Positions 36,223 to 46,230 are shown, counted from the stretch's first letter. The stretch is 64,000 nt of DNA from an uncultured Spirochaetaceae bacterium (GCA_964458555.1 CAYWJH010000004.1:12379-76378), one strand, 5' to 3'. Numbers and translations: made by a program. Notes: a model not told the origin generated them from the letters alone.

Positions 36223-37170
36223 ATGCCTCGCCCCACCCGTCTCGCAGCCGAAGCGCTTCTCGTCGTCGCGACGATCATCTGGGGCGGGACGTTCGTGGCA
36301 ACGCGCGCGGGCCTCGACTACGTGTCGCCCATGCTCATCATCGCGATCCGCTTCCTCGCGTCGTTCGCGATCCTCGCCCCGGTGCTGACGCTCGCCGGGC
36401 GCGCCTGGTGGCGGCACGCGAGAGTCGGCGCGGTGCTCGGCGTCGTGCTCGCCGGAGGCTACATCCTGCAGACGGTCGGGCTGCAGTTCACGACCGCCGC
36501 GAGATCGGCCTTTCTGACCTACCTCTTCGCGATCCTCATCCCGCCGCTGCAGCTCCTCGTAAGCCGCAAGCCGCTTTCGGCGGGGAACCTCGCCGGCCTC
36601 TTCGTCGTGTTCGCCGGCACGGTACTTCTCACGCACCCGTGGAGCGCGGACGGATGGAACGCGGGCGATCTCATCACGATCGCGAGCGCGGTCTGCTTCG
36701 GGCTGTTCATCGTGCTGATCGACCGCTTCGCGCAGGACGTTCCGGCGATCGATCTGGTGCCGGTTCAGTTCCTCGTCGCCGGATCGATCGCGATCGCCGG
36801 TGCGCTGCTCGTCGAGCCGATCGTCTTCGTCTGGCACCCGGCCGCGCTCATCACGGTCGGATACCTGACGCTGCTGGGAACCGTGGGCGGGCTGGGGCTC
36901 CAGACGGTCTTCCAGGTCTACTCGACCCCGGTGCGCGCGACGACGATCTACGCGCTCGAGCCGGTCTTTGCGGCGTTCTTCGGCGTTCTCGTGCTTTCCG
37001 AGCGCGTCGGGCCGATCGAGCTCGCCGGCGGCGCGGTAATTCTCGCCGGCGTTCTGCTCTCCGAGCTGTGGGAGCACGCGCTGCGCCGCCCGCGGCGGCC
37101 GGGTCTGCGCTCGGGCGCGCCGCGAACCGCGTTGACGGTCATCGACCCCCCGGCAGCCGACGAAGAGTAG
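36223..37170 (+). CDS. DMT-superfamily (EamA) transporter
   Basis: 315 aa, ~10 TM. LVVATIIWGGTFVATRAGL and duplicated EamA halves. Confidence 0.8.
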   Translation: MPRPTRLAAEALLVVATIIWGGTFVATRAGLDYVSPMLIIAIRFLASFAILAPVLTLAGRAWWRHARVGAVLGVVLAGGYILQTVGLQFTTAARSAFLTYLFAILIPPLQLLVSRKPLSAGNLAGLFVVFAGTVLLTHPWSADGWNAGDLITIASAVCFGLFIVLIDRFAQDVPAIDLVPVQFLVAGSIAIAGALLVEPIVFVWHPAALITVGYLTLLGTVGGLGLQTVFQVYSTPVRATTIYALEPVFAAFFGVLVLSERVGPIELAGGAVILAGVLLSELWEHALRRPRRPGLRSGAPRTALTVIDPPAADEE

Positions 37171-38032
37171 CCACCGCGATCCCCGCGAAGACGACCGCCA
37201 TCCCGACGACCATAACGATGGTGATACGCTCGTCCAGAAAGACCCATCCGGTCAGCGCGGCGACGACCGGCACGAGGTACTCGACCTGCGTGCCTTTGGT
37301 CGCCCCGAATCGTGCGACCACGAACGAGTAGAGGCTGAACGCGAGCAGCGTTCCCGGCAGGACGCCGTAGACGAGCGCGAGCACGCCCGACCACGCGACC
37401 GCCGAGTAGTCGAACCCGTAGGCTACCGCGGCGAACGGCACGGTGGCGGTCGCCGCGGCCGTGAGCCGCACCGCGGCGATATCCAGGCTCCGCTGCCCGC
37501 TGAGGTACTTGCGCACGTGCGAGGTGCCGAACCCGTTCGACGCGACGCCGATCAACACGAGCACGAAGCCCTCCCAGTTCGTCTCGCTCAGACCGGTTTC
37601 GCCGGTCACCAGCAGGAGCGCGACGCCGGCGAACGACAGCAGAGCTCCAAGCGCCTTGCGCGTTGTCATCCGGTCGTCCGGTATCCGGAAATGCGCGTAG
37701 ATCATCGCGGAGATGGGCGTGAGCGAGATGAACAGCGCGGTGACGCCGCTCGACTGGTACTGGAGCGCGGACACGAAGAAAATCATGGGCGCGGCGGTCG
37801 CGAAGATGCCGACCACCGAGCCGTGCAGCCACAGCCTCCGACCCGACGGAAAGGATCCGTAGTGCAGCCGCGCCCAGAGCATGGCGAGCAGCGCCGCGAT
37901 GGGCATGCGGGTCGCGACGAAGGTGACGGGATGAAACTGGCCGAGCGCGAACCGGCTCACGACGAGGTTCGAGCCGAAGAAGACGCTGAGCAGGAGGATC
38001 GTTGGAACGTGCGATCGAGTGAGGACGTTCAT
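37139..38032 (-). CDS. DMT-superfamily (EamA) transporter
   Basis: 297 aa, ~10 TM. The 3' end overlaps the convergent EamA gene by 32 nt. Confidence 0.8.
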   Translation of the reverse strand: MNVLTRSHVPTILLLSVFFGSNLVVSRFALGQFHPVTFVATRMPIAALLAMLWARLHYGSFPSGRRLWLHGSVVGIFATAAPMIFFVSALQYQSSGVTALFISLTPISAMIYAHFRIPDDRMTTRKALGALLSFAGVALLLVTGETGLSETNWEGFVLVLIGVASNGFGTSHVRKYLSGQRSLDIAAVRLTAAATATVPFAAVAYGFDYSAVAWSGVLALVYGVLPGTLLAFSLYSFVVARFGATKGTQVEYLVPVVAALTGWVFLDERITIVMVVGMAVVFAGIAVATLRRLPGGR

Positions 38033-38046
38033 GGGCGTTGGCCATC

Positions 38047-40197
38047 CTACGCGTGAGGCCGTTTGCGACGGACTTCGAATACCTTCTGGTTCGTCGCGTC
38101 GTCCCGGTCGGCGCGGTCGCGGGCGCGTTCGTGGAAGAGCCGCTGGCTGCGCACCGGCTCCGACCCGTCGGCCGGACGCACGGGCGCGTACGACCCGTCG
38201 GGCTGCATCGCGTGAGCGTGCGTTGTGTCGGCGAAGGCGGTTTCGAGCACCGAAACGGCCCGGGTTCGAGCCTCCTCGTCTTCGATGGGAAACATCAGCT
38301 CGACGCGGCGTTCGAGGTTGCGCGGCATCCAGTCGGCGCTCGCCGCATAGACCTCCGGCGCTCCGCCGTTGTGGAAGTAGCAGACGCGCGCGTGCTCGAG
38401 GTAGCGATCGACGATGCTGATCACCTCTATGTTCTCGCTCAGACCCGACACGCCCGGCACGAGCATGCAGATGCCTCGAATGTTGAGCTTCACCACAACG
38501 CCGGCCTGCGATGCACGGTAGAGCGCATCGATCACCTCCGGGTCGGCGAGCGAATTGAGCTTCGCGAGGACTCGCCCCTGGATGTCGCTCTTCGCGCGCA
38601 GCGTCTCCCGCTCGATGAGCTGGAGCAGCCGCGTCTTCATGCCCACCGGCGCCATGCAGAGCTTATTGAGCGCGGGAATGGCCGAGTAGCCGGTGATCGC
38701 GTTGAAGAACAGCCCGACCTCGTAGGCGATATCGGGGCGGGCGGTGAAGAGCCCCACGTCGGTGTACAGGCGGGCGGTCTTGTCGTTGTAGTTGCCCGTA
38801 CCCAGGTGGACGTACCGCCGGATCCCGTTCTGCTCGCGGCGCACGACGAGCAGCGCCTTCGCGTGGACCTTCAGCCGGGCGATCCCGTAGACGACGATCA
38901 CGCCGGCGTGCTCGAGTCGTTCTGCCCAGCTGATGTTCCGTTCCTCGTCGAACCTCGCCTTGATCTCCACGAGCACGGTCACCTGCTTGCCGGACTCCGC
39001 GGCGCGCTCGAGCGCCCGCACGACCGGCGAGTCGCCGCTGGTGCGGTAGAGCGTCATCTTGATCGCCAGCACGGCGGGATCGTTCGCGGCATCCTCCAGG
39101 AAACGGAGGACGGGCTCGAAGCTCTCGAAGGGGTGATGCAGCAGGAGGTCGCGACGCACGATCGACTCCCACAGAGGCTCATCCCGCGGGAGCCCCGGCG
39201 GATCCGACGGCTGCCAGCGGGGATAGTGCAGGTCGGCGAAGCCCGATAGCGAGGTGAGCTTCATGAAGTCGGCGAGATCGAGGGGGCCCGGCTTTTCGAA
39301 GACCTCGCTCTCGTCGATTCCCACGACTCCGGCGAGTATACTGCGCAACCGCTCGGCACCGGATGTGACCGAGAGCCGCACCGGTTCGCTGAACTCGCGG
39401 TGCGCGAGCACCTGCTCCATCGCCTCGACGAAGTCCTCGTCGCGCTCCTCGTCGACGCCCATGTCTGCGTCCCGCGTGACGCGGAAGAGACAGTGGTCGG
39501 TGACGTGGTAACCGGGAAAGAGCGCGGCGGCGTGACCTACGATCACGTCCTCGAGCAACGCGAACGAAACCGTGTCTGCGGCGTCGGGAAGATAGACGAT
39601 CCGGTCGAGCGAGGAGGGAATCTGCACGATTGCGAGGAACTCGCCGGCGGTCTCTTCTTCGTTGGAGACCATGCTGACATCCTCCTGCGGCTCGAGGGTG
39701 AACGCGGCGTGCAGCTTCAGGTTCGTAACGTAGGGAACCTGTCGGCCCACGGTGGCGCGGATGGGCGTCAGTACCGGGAATATCTGGTCCTGGAAGAGCT
39801 TCGTGAGAAAGGAGCTCTGCGCGGAGGTGAGGTCTTCGGGGCGCTTGAGCACGATCCCGGCGCGAGCGAGCCCGGGAAGAACCTCGTCGTGGAGGCAGCG
39901 GTACTTCTCGTCGACGAGCGTTCTCGCACGCGCGAGAATTCGGTCGAGCAGCGCAGACGGCGCGATACCCGAGGGACACTGGACGAAATCACCGCCGCGG
40001 ATCTGACGCTTGACCGCAGCGACGCGGACCATGAAAAACTCGTCAAAGTTACTCGTCACGATGCAGAGGAACTTCAGCCGTTCGAGCAGCGGAACGTCTT
40101 CGCGGATCGCCTCGTGGAGGACACGCGCGTTGAACTCCAGCCAGCTGAGCTCGCGGTTGATGAAGCGTGGATGGGAATTCGTGCCTGCGTTCTCCAT
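38047..40197 (-). CDS. ppk: Polyphosphate kinase 1
   Basis: 716 aa. N-terminus RFINRELSWLEFNARVL, FDEFFMVRV, two PLD-like HKD regions (e.g. LKVHAKALLV). Confidence 0.93.
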   Translation of the reverse strand: MENAGTNSHPRFINRELSWLEFNARVLHEAIREDVPLLERLKFLCIVTSNFDEFFMVRVAAVKRQIRGGDFVQCPSGIAPSALLDRILARARTLVDEKYRCLHDEVLPGLARAGIVLKRPEDLTSAQSSFLTKLFQDQIFPVLTPIRATVGRQVPYVTNLKLHAAFTLEPQEDVSMVSNEEETAGEFLAIVQIPSSLDRIVYLPDAADTVSFALLEDVIVGHAAALFPGYHVTDHCLFRVTRDADMGVDEERDEDFVEAMEQVLAHREFSEPVRLSVTSGAERLRSILAGVVGIDESEVFEKPGPLDLADFMKLTSLSGFADLHYPRWQPSDPPGLPRDEPLWESIVRRDLLLHHPFESFEPVLRFLEDAANDPAVLAIKMTLYRTSGDSPVVRALERAAESGKQVTVLVEIKARFDEERNISWAERLEHAGVIVVYGIARLKVHAKALLVVRREQNGIRRYVHLGTGNYNDKTARLYTDVGLFTARPDIAYEVGLFFNAITGYSAIPALNKLCMAPVGMKTRLLQLIERETLRAKSDIQGRVLAKLNSLADPEVIDALYRASQAGVVVKLNIRGICMLVPGVSGLSENIEVISIVDRYLEHARVCYFHNGGAPEVYAASADWMPRNLERRVELMFPIEDEEARTRAVSVLETAFADTTHAHAMQPDGSYAPVRPADGSEPVRSQRLFHERARDRADRDDATNQKVFEVRRKRPHA

Positions 40198-40212
40198 GCG
40201 ACCACTATCCTC

Positions 40213-41757
40213 TTACGAGAGTATGACGTTGAGGCCGAAGACCTCTTCAAACATGTCGGCCTTCGCGCCGAATCCGTAGCGTTCGATCGAGATATCGCCG
40301 CTCACGTCGCAGTGGAGGATCACGTCGCCTTCGGAGAGCTCGACGTTGACCGACCGCACCCGCTGGGCGTGACCGCGGTCGAGCGCGTCTGCGATCCGCA
40401 GGATCGACGCGAGCTTCAGCACCTGCATCCGCTGTTCGCGGCGAAGCGAGACGTAGCTCGTATGGTTCGAGGACGGAAGCGCCTTGCGATGGTATCGTAT
40501 AACGTTAGAAATAACTCGCAAGTCGTCGCTGCTGATCCCGAAGATCTCCGAGTTCTCGACGATGTACTGCCCGTGCTTGTGGTGTCCGCTCGCGCGGATG
40601 TAGGTGCCTACGTCGTGCAGCGTCGCGGCGACTTCGAGGAGCATCCGCGCGTGGTGGTCCATCGCGTGCTCGCCCTCGAGCTGATCGAAGAGACTCAGGG
40701 CGAGCTTGGCAACCTGGCGCGAGTGAACCTCATCGTAGTGGTAGCGTCGCGCGAGGTTCTCCGCGGACGCGACGACCTGCCCGTAGAACTGCCTCTCGAT
40801 CGCCCACTCGCTGCCGAGCGCGAAGCTCATGAGCACGCCCTCGCGGATGCTCACGTCGGGAACGATAAGCTTCTCCGCAGAAGTGCTCTCGAGGAAGAGG
40901 CGATAGATCGTGAGCGCGGGAACGAGCCCTTCGGCTTCGTTGTACGTTACGTTGTAGAGGCGAACGAGCTCGTCTACGGTGCGGTCCTGGAGCTCGCCGA
41001 GGTGGCGATAGAAATCCGCCCGCTCGATCGTCCAGTAGTGTTCTTCCTGCCGCGTTCCCACCGCCTGCGCGACGTGGCGCGCGTCGCCGCCCACGGCAAC
41101 GAAGTACGAGATGCGGTCGAGCCTGAGCTCCGAGTTCAACAGGTCATGGCTCACGCGAATGTTCTCGCGCATGAACTCTTCGACCTGGTCTGCGTTCGAC
41201 CAGAGCGGGCGGGCCTCCTGCTCGAGACGAACCGTGCCGATGCGAAGGCTGTGCGCGGCGACCATCTTGCCGCGCTTGAGCATCATGATCTCGGTGGTAC
41301 CGCCGCCGACCTCGATGATCATCGAGTTCGCGCGCGAGAACTCCTTCTTCATGGGGCTCACCGCGTGCTGCACGGCGAGGTAGGTGAGATGGTTCTCCTC
41401 GATCCCCTCCACGATCTCGATCCGCAGCCCGGTGCGTACCGAAACGCGATCGACGAAGGTGTCGCGGTTGCGCGCCTCGCGGATCGCGCTCGTCGCGATC
41501 ACCCGAACCGAGTCCTCGGGAACCTGCCAGCCGCGCAGCAATTCCTGAAAGCCGGCAAGGATGGAGATCGCCTGCTGCATCGTCTCCCTGCCCAGCGACC
41601 CGGACATGAACACGTCGCGTCCAAGGGTCACCGGGCGCGCGGCGCGGTCGAGCCGCTGCCACTCGCCGTTCTCGTCGATCTGCGCGACGACCATCCGAAT
41701 GGCCGTGGAACCTATGTCCACGACGGCGGCAAGGTCAGACGCCGGGGCCCCGCTCAT
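40213..41757 (-). CDS. ppx: Exopolyphosphatase / guanosine pentaphosphate phosphohydrolase (Ppx/GppA) with HD domain
   Basis: 514 aa. VVDIGSTAIRMVVAQ, IIEVGGGTTE, C-terminal HD region LHDVG..HHKHGQYIV. Confidence 0.9.
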   Translation of the reverse strand: MSGAPASDLAAVVDIGSTAIRMVVAQIDENGEWQRLDRAARPVTLGRDVFMSGSLGRETMQQAISILAGFQELLRGWQVPEDSVRVIATSAIREARNRDTFVDRVSVRTGLRIEIVEGIEENHLTYLAVQHAVSPMKKEFSRANSMIIEVGGGTTEIMMLKRGKMVAAHSLRIGTVRLEQEARPLWSNADQVEEFMRENIRVSHDLLNSELRLDRISYFVAVGGDARHVAQAVGTRQEEHYWTIERADFYRHLGELQDRTVDELVRLYNVTYNEAEGLVPALTIYRLFLESTSAEKLIVPDVSIREGVLMSFALGSEWAIERQFYGQVVASAENLARRYHYDEVHSRQVAKLALSLFDQLEGEHAMDHHARMLLEVAATLHDVGTYIRASGHHKHGQYIVENSEIFGISSDDLRVISNVIRYHRKALPSSNHTSYVSLRREQRMQVLKLASILRIADALDRGHAQRVRSVNVELSEGDVILHCDVSGDISIERYGFGAKADMFEEVFGLNVILS

Positions 41758-42719
41758 TCCTGCTCCTGTCGGGCGAGGGCGGCCGCGCCGATCGTGACCG
41801 AATCATCGCCGAGCGAGGCGGTCACGAGCTCGACATCGGAGTCGATCATCGAGTGCTCGCGCATGCTCTTCGCTACCGGCTTCAGGTAGGTCTTGCCGAG
41901 TTTTTCGACGAGGCCCCCGCCTACGACGACGATGTCCGGGTCGAAGACATCTACGAGGCTCCCGAGTCCGACGCCCAGGTACCACGCCGCGCGCTCGACG
42001 ACCTCGATGACCGCCTTCTCGCCGGCGTCCATCGCCTTCTTGATAACGCCGCTCTTGACCAGCGCGATGTCGGTCCCGGCCTTCTCGAGCACCGTGTCCG
42101 CCTGCCCGTTCGACGCGAGGTGAACGAGGTCCTTGGCGATCGCGGTCTTCGAGGCGACGGCCTCGAGGCATCCGAGCTTCCCGCAGCCGCACCGCCTGCC
42201 GCCGGCCTCGACGATCATGTGCCCGAACTCGCCGGCGCTACCGGTCCGACCGCGGTAGAGCCTGCCCCCGATGATGATGCCGCCGCCCACCCCGGTGCCG
42301 GGGAAGATTCCAATGACGTTCTCCATGCCCTTCGCGGCGCCGCGCACGTACTCGCCGTAGGTGCCCGCGTTGACGTCGTTCTCGAGCACCACGGGAACGT
42401 CGAGCTTATCCTGCAGCTTGTCGCGCAGCGGATAGTCCTCCATCGCGACGTTCGGCAGAAGGATCACGCGGCCGTCGGCGCGGTCGATGGGGCCGGGCAC
42501 GGCGATCCCGATCGCGGCCACCCGGGAGGCATCGACGCTCGCCTTCCCGAGCGCCTCTGCGATGAGGTCTGTGATCGTGGAGACGGTTTCCTTCGGACTC
42601 GCCCCGACCGGGGTGCGGATCTTCGCGCTCGCGAGCTCTTTGTAGTCCTCGTCGAGCACCGAGGCGAGCATCTTCGTGCCGCCCATGTCGAACCCTACGA
42701 CGCGCGTCTTCTCGCTCAT
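41754..42719 (-). CDS. ROK-family glucokinase
   Basis: ATG 42719 gives MSEKTRVVGFDMGGTK. Zinc motif RCGCGKLGCLE. The stop overlaps the ppx start (4 nt). Confidence 0.85.
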   Translation of the reverse strand: MSEKTRVVGFDMGGTKMLASVLDEDYKELASAKIRTPVGASPKETVSTITDLIAEALGKASVDASRVAAIGIAVPGPIDRADGRVILLPNVAMEDYPLRDKLQDKLDVPVVLENDVNAGTYGEYVRGAAKGMENVIGIFPGTGVGGGIIIGGRLYRGRTGSAGEFGHMIVEAGGRRCGCGKLGCLEAVASKTAIAKDLVHLASNGQADTVLEKAGTDIALVKSGVIKKAMDAGEKAVIEVVERAAWYLGVGLGSLVDVFDPDIVVVGGGLVEKLGKTYLKPVAKSMREHSMIDSDVELVTASLGDDSVTIGAAALARQEQE

Positions 42720-42757
42720 ACGCTCTCCCACCTCAGTGTAGCAGAATCGGTGGCGGG

Positions 42758-43717
42758 GTGACATCCGCGGCGGCGCCGCGGTACCCTTCGGGGGTGAGAG
42801 AGGACTCCCGCGGGGGCGTGATCATCGGGCGGTTCATGCCGCTGCACGCCGGACACGAGTACCTGATCCGCTTCGCACGCGCCTACTGCACCGAGGTGAC
42901 CGTGTTCGTCTGTACCCTCGCGTCCGAGCCCATCCCGGGCGACCTGCGCTTCGCGTGGATGTCGCGGCTCTTCCCGGACGTGAACCTCGTCCACGTCACC
43001 GAGGAGATCCCGCAGGCCTCGCGCTCGCAGGCCGGCGCCTCTCGCATCTGGGCGGACGCGATGCGCTCGCGCATCGACCACGACCCGCGGTACGTCTTCG
43101 CGAGCGAGGAGTACGGCACCGACCTCGCGCACGCGCTCGGCGCAGAGTTCGTCCCCGTCGACCCGCAGCGGTCGGTCTTTCCGGTCTCCGCGGGCATGAT
43201 CCGCGAGGACCCGTTCGCGCACTGGCGCTACATCCCGCCGCCGGTGCGGCCGTACTTCGCGAAGAAGGTCGTCGTGCACGACGCCAGCGGTGCGCTCGTA
43301 CCCGAGCTCGCACGGCGCTGGCATACGGTCCACGCGACCGACTACGCCGCGTACGCGCGCTCGCTCGAGCTTCACCACTCGCACCCCCGGCGCGCCGATG
43401 AGCTCGCGCGCGCGCAGGCGGCGAGCGAAGCGGCGCTGCTCGAGAGCGCGAACCGCGTGCTCTTCGCGCCTACCGACGCGGCGCACATCCTTGTTTCAGC
43501 AGGCGCGTCGGAGGCCGAGACGGACGGGGCGCTCGATCGGCTGGCCGCAGACCACGCGACGCTCGCGCCTGCGCTCGTGGTCGCCGCCGAGCCGGTCCCC
43601 GAGGCGTATCGCCGCGCGGTGGAGCGCCTGGGGTGGCGATTCGAGGAGGCAGGCGACGCGGAACAGGCCCGTTCGCGCGTCGACGCGTACCTCGAGTCGG
43701 TGTTCGGCCCTACGTGA
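42758..43717 (+). CDS. NadR-like nicotinamide-nucleotide adenylyltransferase with degenerate kinase-like C-terminal domain
   Basis: GVIIGRFMPLHAGHEYLI (HxGH), ..VSAGMIREDPFAHWRYIPPPVRPYF.. as in NadR NMNAT domains. The following KKVVVHDASGALV sits where NadR has the GESSGKS P-loop. GTG start. Confidence 0.7.
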   Translation: MTSAAAPRYPSGVREDSRGGVIIGRFMPLHAGHEYLIRFARAYCTEVTVFVCTLASEPIPGDLRFAWMSRLFPDVNLVHVTEEIPQASRSQAGASRIWADAMRSRIDHDPRYVFASEEYGTDLAHALGAEFVPVDPQRSVFPVSAGMIREDPFAHWRYIPPPVRPYFAKKVVVHDASGALVPELARRWHTVHATDYAAYARSLELHHSHPRRADELARAQAASEAALLESANRVLFAPTDAAHILVSAGASEAETDGALDRLAADHATLAPALVVAAEPVPEAYRRAVERLGWRFEEAGDAEQARSRVDAYLESVFGPT

Positions 43718-43792
43718 CGGAAGCGCGCCCGCCGCGGACGGCGGACGCGCCGTCCGATTGACACGCCCCCGGCAGCGGTCTACTTTCAAGCC

Positions 43793-44278
43793 ATGGCGCC
43801 GCTGATATGGGCGATCCTTGGTCTCGTACTGATCCTCGCCGAGTTCGTCGTCCCGGAGTTCGTCATCTTCTTTTTCGGGCTCGGGGCGCTGCTGAACTCG
43901 GTTCTCACGGCGATCTTTCCCGGCCTCGCCGCGAGCATTCCTCTCCAGGCCCTCACCTGGCTCGGCCTGTCGGCGGTGAGCCTCTTCTCGCTGCGTCGCT
44001 ATTTTTCAAGCTGGTTCCGGGGCCGGAAGTTCGAAGAAGACGATCAGGCCGATTGGATCGGCAGACCGGCGAAGGTGACCGAGGAGATTGCCCCCGACAG
44101 GCCAGGTCGCATCAGCCTCAACGGCACCACCTGGGTCGCAGAGAGTTTCGACGAGACGTTCAAGCCGGGCGAGCGCGTGGAAGTCATCCAGCGCGAAGGC
44201 ACGCGATTCCTCGTGACCCGCTCGCTGACCGGGCTGCCGGATTTCGAAGAGGACGCCGGCGACGACCGTACTGAATAA
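43793..44278 (+). CDS. NfeD-family membrane protein
   Basis: 161 aa. Three N-terminal TM helices and a C-terminal OB-like GRISLNGTTWVAES..GERVEVIQREGTRFLV. Confidence 0.8.
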   Translation: MAPLIWAILGLVLILAEFVVPEFVIFFFGLGALLNSVLTAIFPGLAASIPLQALTWLGLSAVSLFSLRRYFSSWFRGRKFEEDDQADWIGRPAKVTEEIAPDRPGRISLNGTTWVAESFDETFKPGERVEVIQREGTRFLVTRSLTGLPDFEEDAGDDRTE

Positions 44279-44317
44279 CCGCACCCATCCCGGGTACAGC
44301 ATTGGGAGGCAAAGGGC

Positions 44318-45292
44318 ATGATTGGTTCGTATCTACTCACCGCGGCCATCCTCGTTCTGTTCTTCATCGTATTCTTCAAGCTGATACGAATCGTTCCCGA
44401 GCAGGAAGCGTGGATCGTCGAACAGTTCGGCAAGTTCAAGAAGACGCTGGGCCCGGGGTTCCATCTGGTAATCCCGGTCGTCCAGAAGGTCGCCTACCAG
44501 AACATCCTCAAGGAGGAGGTGATCGACGTCCCTCCGCAGGTCTGCATCACGCGCGACAACGCGCAGGTGGAGGTCGATGGGGTGATCTACATCCAGGTCG
44601 TCGACCCGTACAAGTCGAGCTACGGGATCGACAACTACCGCTTCGCCTCCGCGCAGCTCGCGCAGACGACGATGCGAAGCGAGATCGGCAAGATCGACCT
44701 GGACAACACGTTCAGCGAGCGCGACTCGATCAACGACGCGATCGTCCGCTCGGTCGACCAGGCGAGCGAGCCGTGGGGCATCAAGGTCACGCGCTACGAG
44801 ATCAGGGACATCACCCCCACCGAGAGCGCGCTGCAGGCGATGGAGCAGCTGGTCATCGCCGAGCGCGAGAAGCGCGCCGCGATCCTCGAGAGCGAGGGCA
44901 ACCGCGAATCGGGTATCAACCGCTCGAAGGGCCGGCGCCAGCACCAGATCAACGTCTCCGAAGGCTCGCGCCAGAAGCGCATCAACGAGTCGGGGGGACA
45001 CGCCCAGGCGATCGAGATCGTGAGCGAGGCGACCGCCGACGGTATCGTGGAGGTCGCGAAGGCGATCCAGCTGCCGAAGGGCAAGCAGGCGGTGAGCCTG
45101 CGCATCGCCGAGCAGTTCATCCACGAGCTCGGCGGCATCCTCGAGAACGCCGAGACCCAGGTCCTGCCCTTCGACATCGCGCACGTGAAGAGCCTCTACG
45201 ACACGGTCACCGGCAAAGCGACCGACGAGGAGCCGCACGTCGCCGCCGGGTTCCGCACGAGGCCTGGCGGCCCCGAGGGAGGTGAAGCATGA
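44318..45292 (+). CDS. SPFH/Band-7 (stomatin/prohibitin-like) protein
   Basis: 324 aa. N-terminal TM, then IVPEQEAWIVEQFGKF.., ..PPQVCITRDNAQVEVDGVIYIQVVDP... Confidence 0.88.
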   Translation: MIGSYLLTAAILVLFFIVFFKLIRIVPEQEAWIVEQFGKFKKTLGPGFHLVIPVVQKVAYQNILKEEVIDVPPQVCITRDNAQVEVDGVIYIQVVDPYKSSYGIDNYRFASAQLAQTTMRSEIGKIDLDNTFSERDSINDAIVRSVDQASEPWGIKVTRYEIRDITPTESALQAMEQLVIAEREKRAAILESEGNRESGINRSKGRRQHQINVSEGSRQKRINESGGHAQAIEIVSEATADGIVEVAKAIQLPKGKQAVSLRIAEQFIHELGGILENAETQVLPFDIAHVKSLYDTVTGKATDEEPHVAAGFRTRPGGPEGGEA

Positions 45293-46224
45293 ATCCCTTC
45301 GCACCGGTACTCGTCGCACTCGGCATCCTGGGGCTCATCGTTTTGGTGGGCGTCTTCAGGAGCATCCGGATCATCCCCGCGCAGACCGTCTCGCTCGTCG
45401 AGCGGCTGGGCAAGTACGCGACCACCCTCGAGGCGGGCTTCCACGTGCTCGTGCCGTTCATCGACCGGGTGAAGTACCAGCACAGCCTCAAGGAGCAGGC
45501 GGTCGATGTTCCCACGCAGCCGTGCTTCACGCTCGACGACGTGCGGGTGGAGGTCGACGGCGTGCTCTACTTCAAGATCGTCGACCCCAAGAAAGCGAGC
45601 TACGGCATCTCCGACTACCGATACGCGACAATCCAGCTCGCGCAGACGATGATGCGCAGCGTCATCGGGCGGCTCGAGCTCGACCAGACGCTCGGCGAGC
45701 GCGAGCAGATCAACGCGGCGATCCTGAAGAACATCGACGAGGCGACCGACCCCTGGGGCGTGAAGATCACGCGCTACGAGATCCAGAACATTCGCCCGCC
45801 GGCGCACATCCAGAAGGCGATGGACGTTCAGCTCGCCGCCGAACGCACCAAGCGCGCGGCGATCACCGAATCGATCGGCCAGATGGAGAGCGACATCAAC
45901 GAATCGGCCGGCGCGAAGGCGGAGGCCGTCAACGAGTCCGAAGGTGAGAAGCAGCGGCTCGTCAACGAGGCCGAAGGTCAGGCGGCCGAGATCCGCGCGC
46001 TCGCCAACGCGACCGCGGCGAGCATCCGCAAGGTCGCCGGCGCGCTCGAAAGCGACGCAGGCGACGCCGCGCTCGTACTGCAGATCTCGGAGGGCTACAT
46101 CAACGAGCTCCACAAGCTCGCGCGCCCGGGCACCAAGCTGATGCTCCCGATGGACCTCACCGACATCAACTCGGTCCTCCAGACGGTGAACCGGATGGTG
46201 CAGGAGAACGAAAAGAAGCTCTAG
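45289..46224 (+). CDS. SPFH/Band-7 paralogue
   Basis: 311 aa. IIPAQTVSLVERLGKY.., ..PTQPCFTLDDVRVEVDGVLYFKIVDP... ATGA overlap with the upstream paralogue. Confidence 0.88.
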   Translation: MNPFAPVLVALGILGLIVLVGVFRSIRIIPAQTVSLVERLGKYATTLEAGFHVLVPFIDRVKYQHSLKEQAVDVPTQPCFTLDDVRVEVDGVLYFKIVDPKKASYGISDYRYATIQLAQTMMRSVIGRLELDQTLGEREQINAAILKNIDEATDPWGVKITRYEIQNIRPPAHIQKAMDVQLAAERTKRAAITESIGQMESDINESAGAKAEAVNESEGEKQRLVNEAEGQAAEIRALANATAASIRKVAGALESDAGDAALVLQISEGYINELHKLARPGTKLMLPMDLTDINSVLQTVNRMVQENEKKL

Positions 46225-46230
46225 GCCACT

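Noticed and set aside
39400-41889. 829-aa plus-strand ORF
   Set aside because: Antisense to ppk1 and ppx. Same high-GC antisense artefact, with no recognisable domains.
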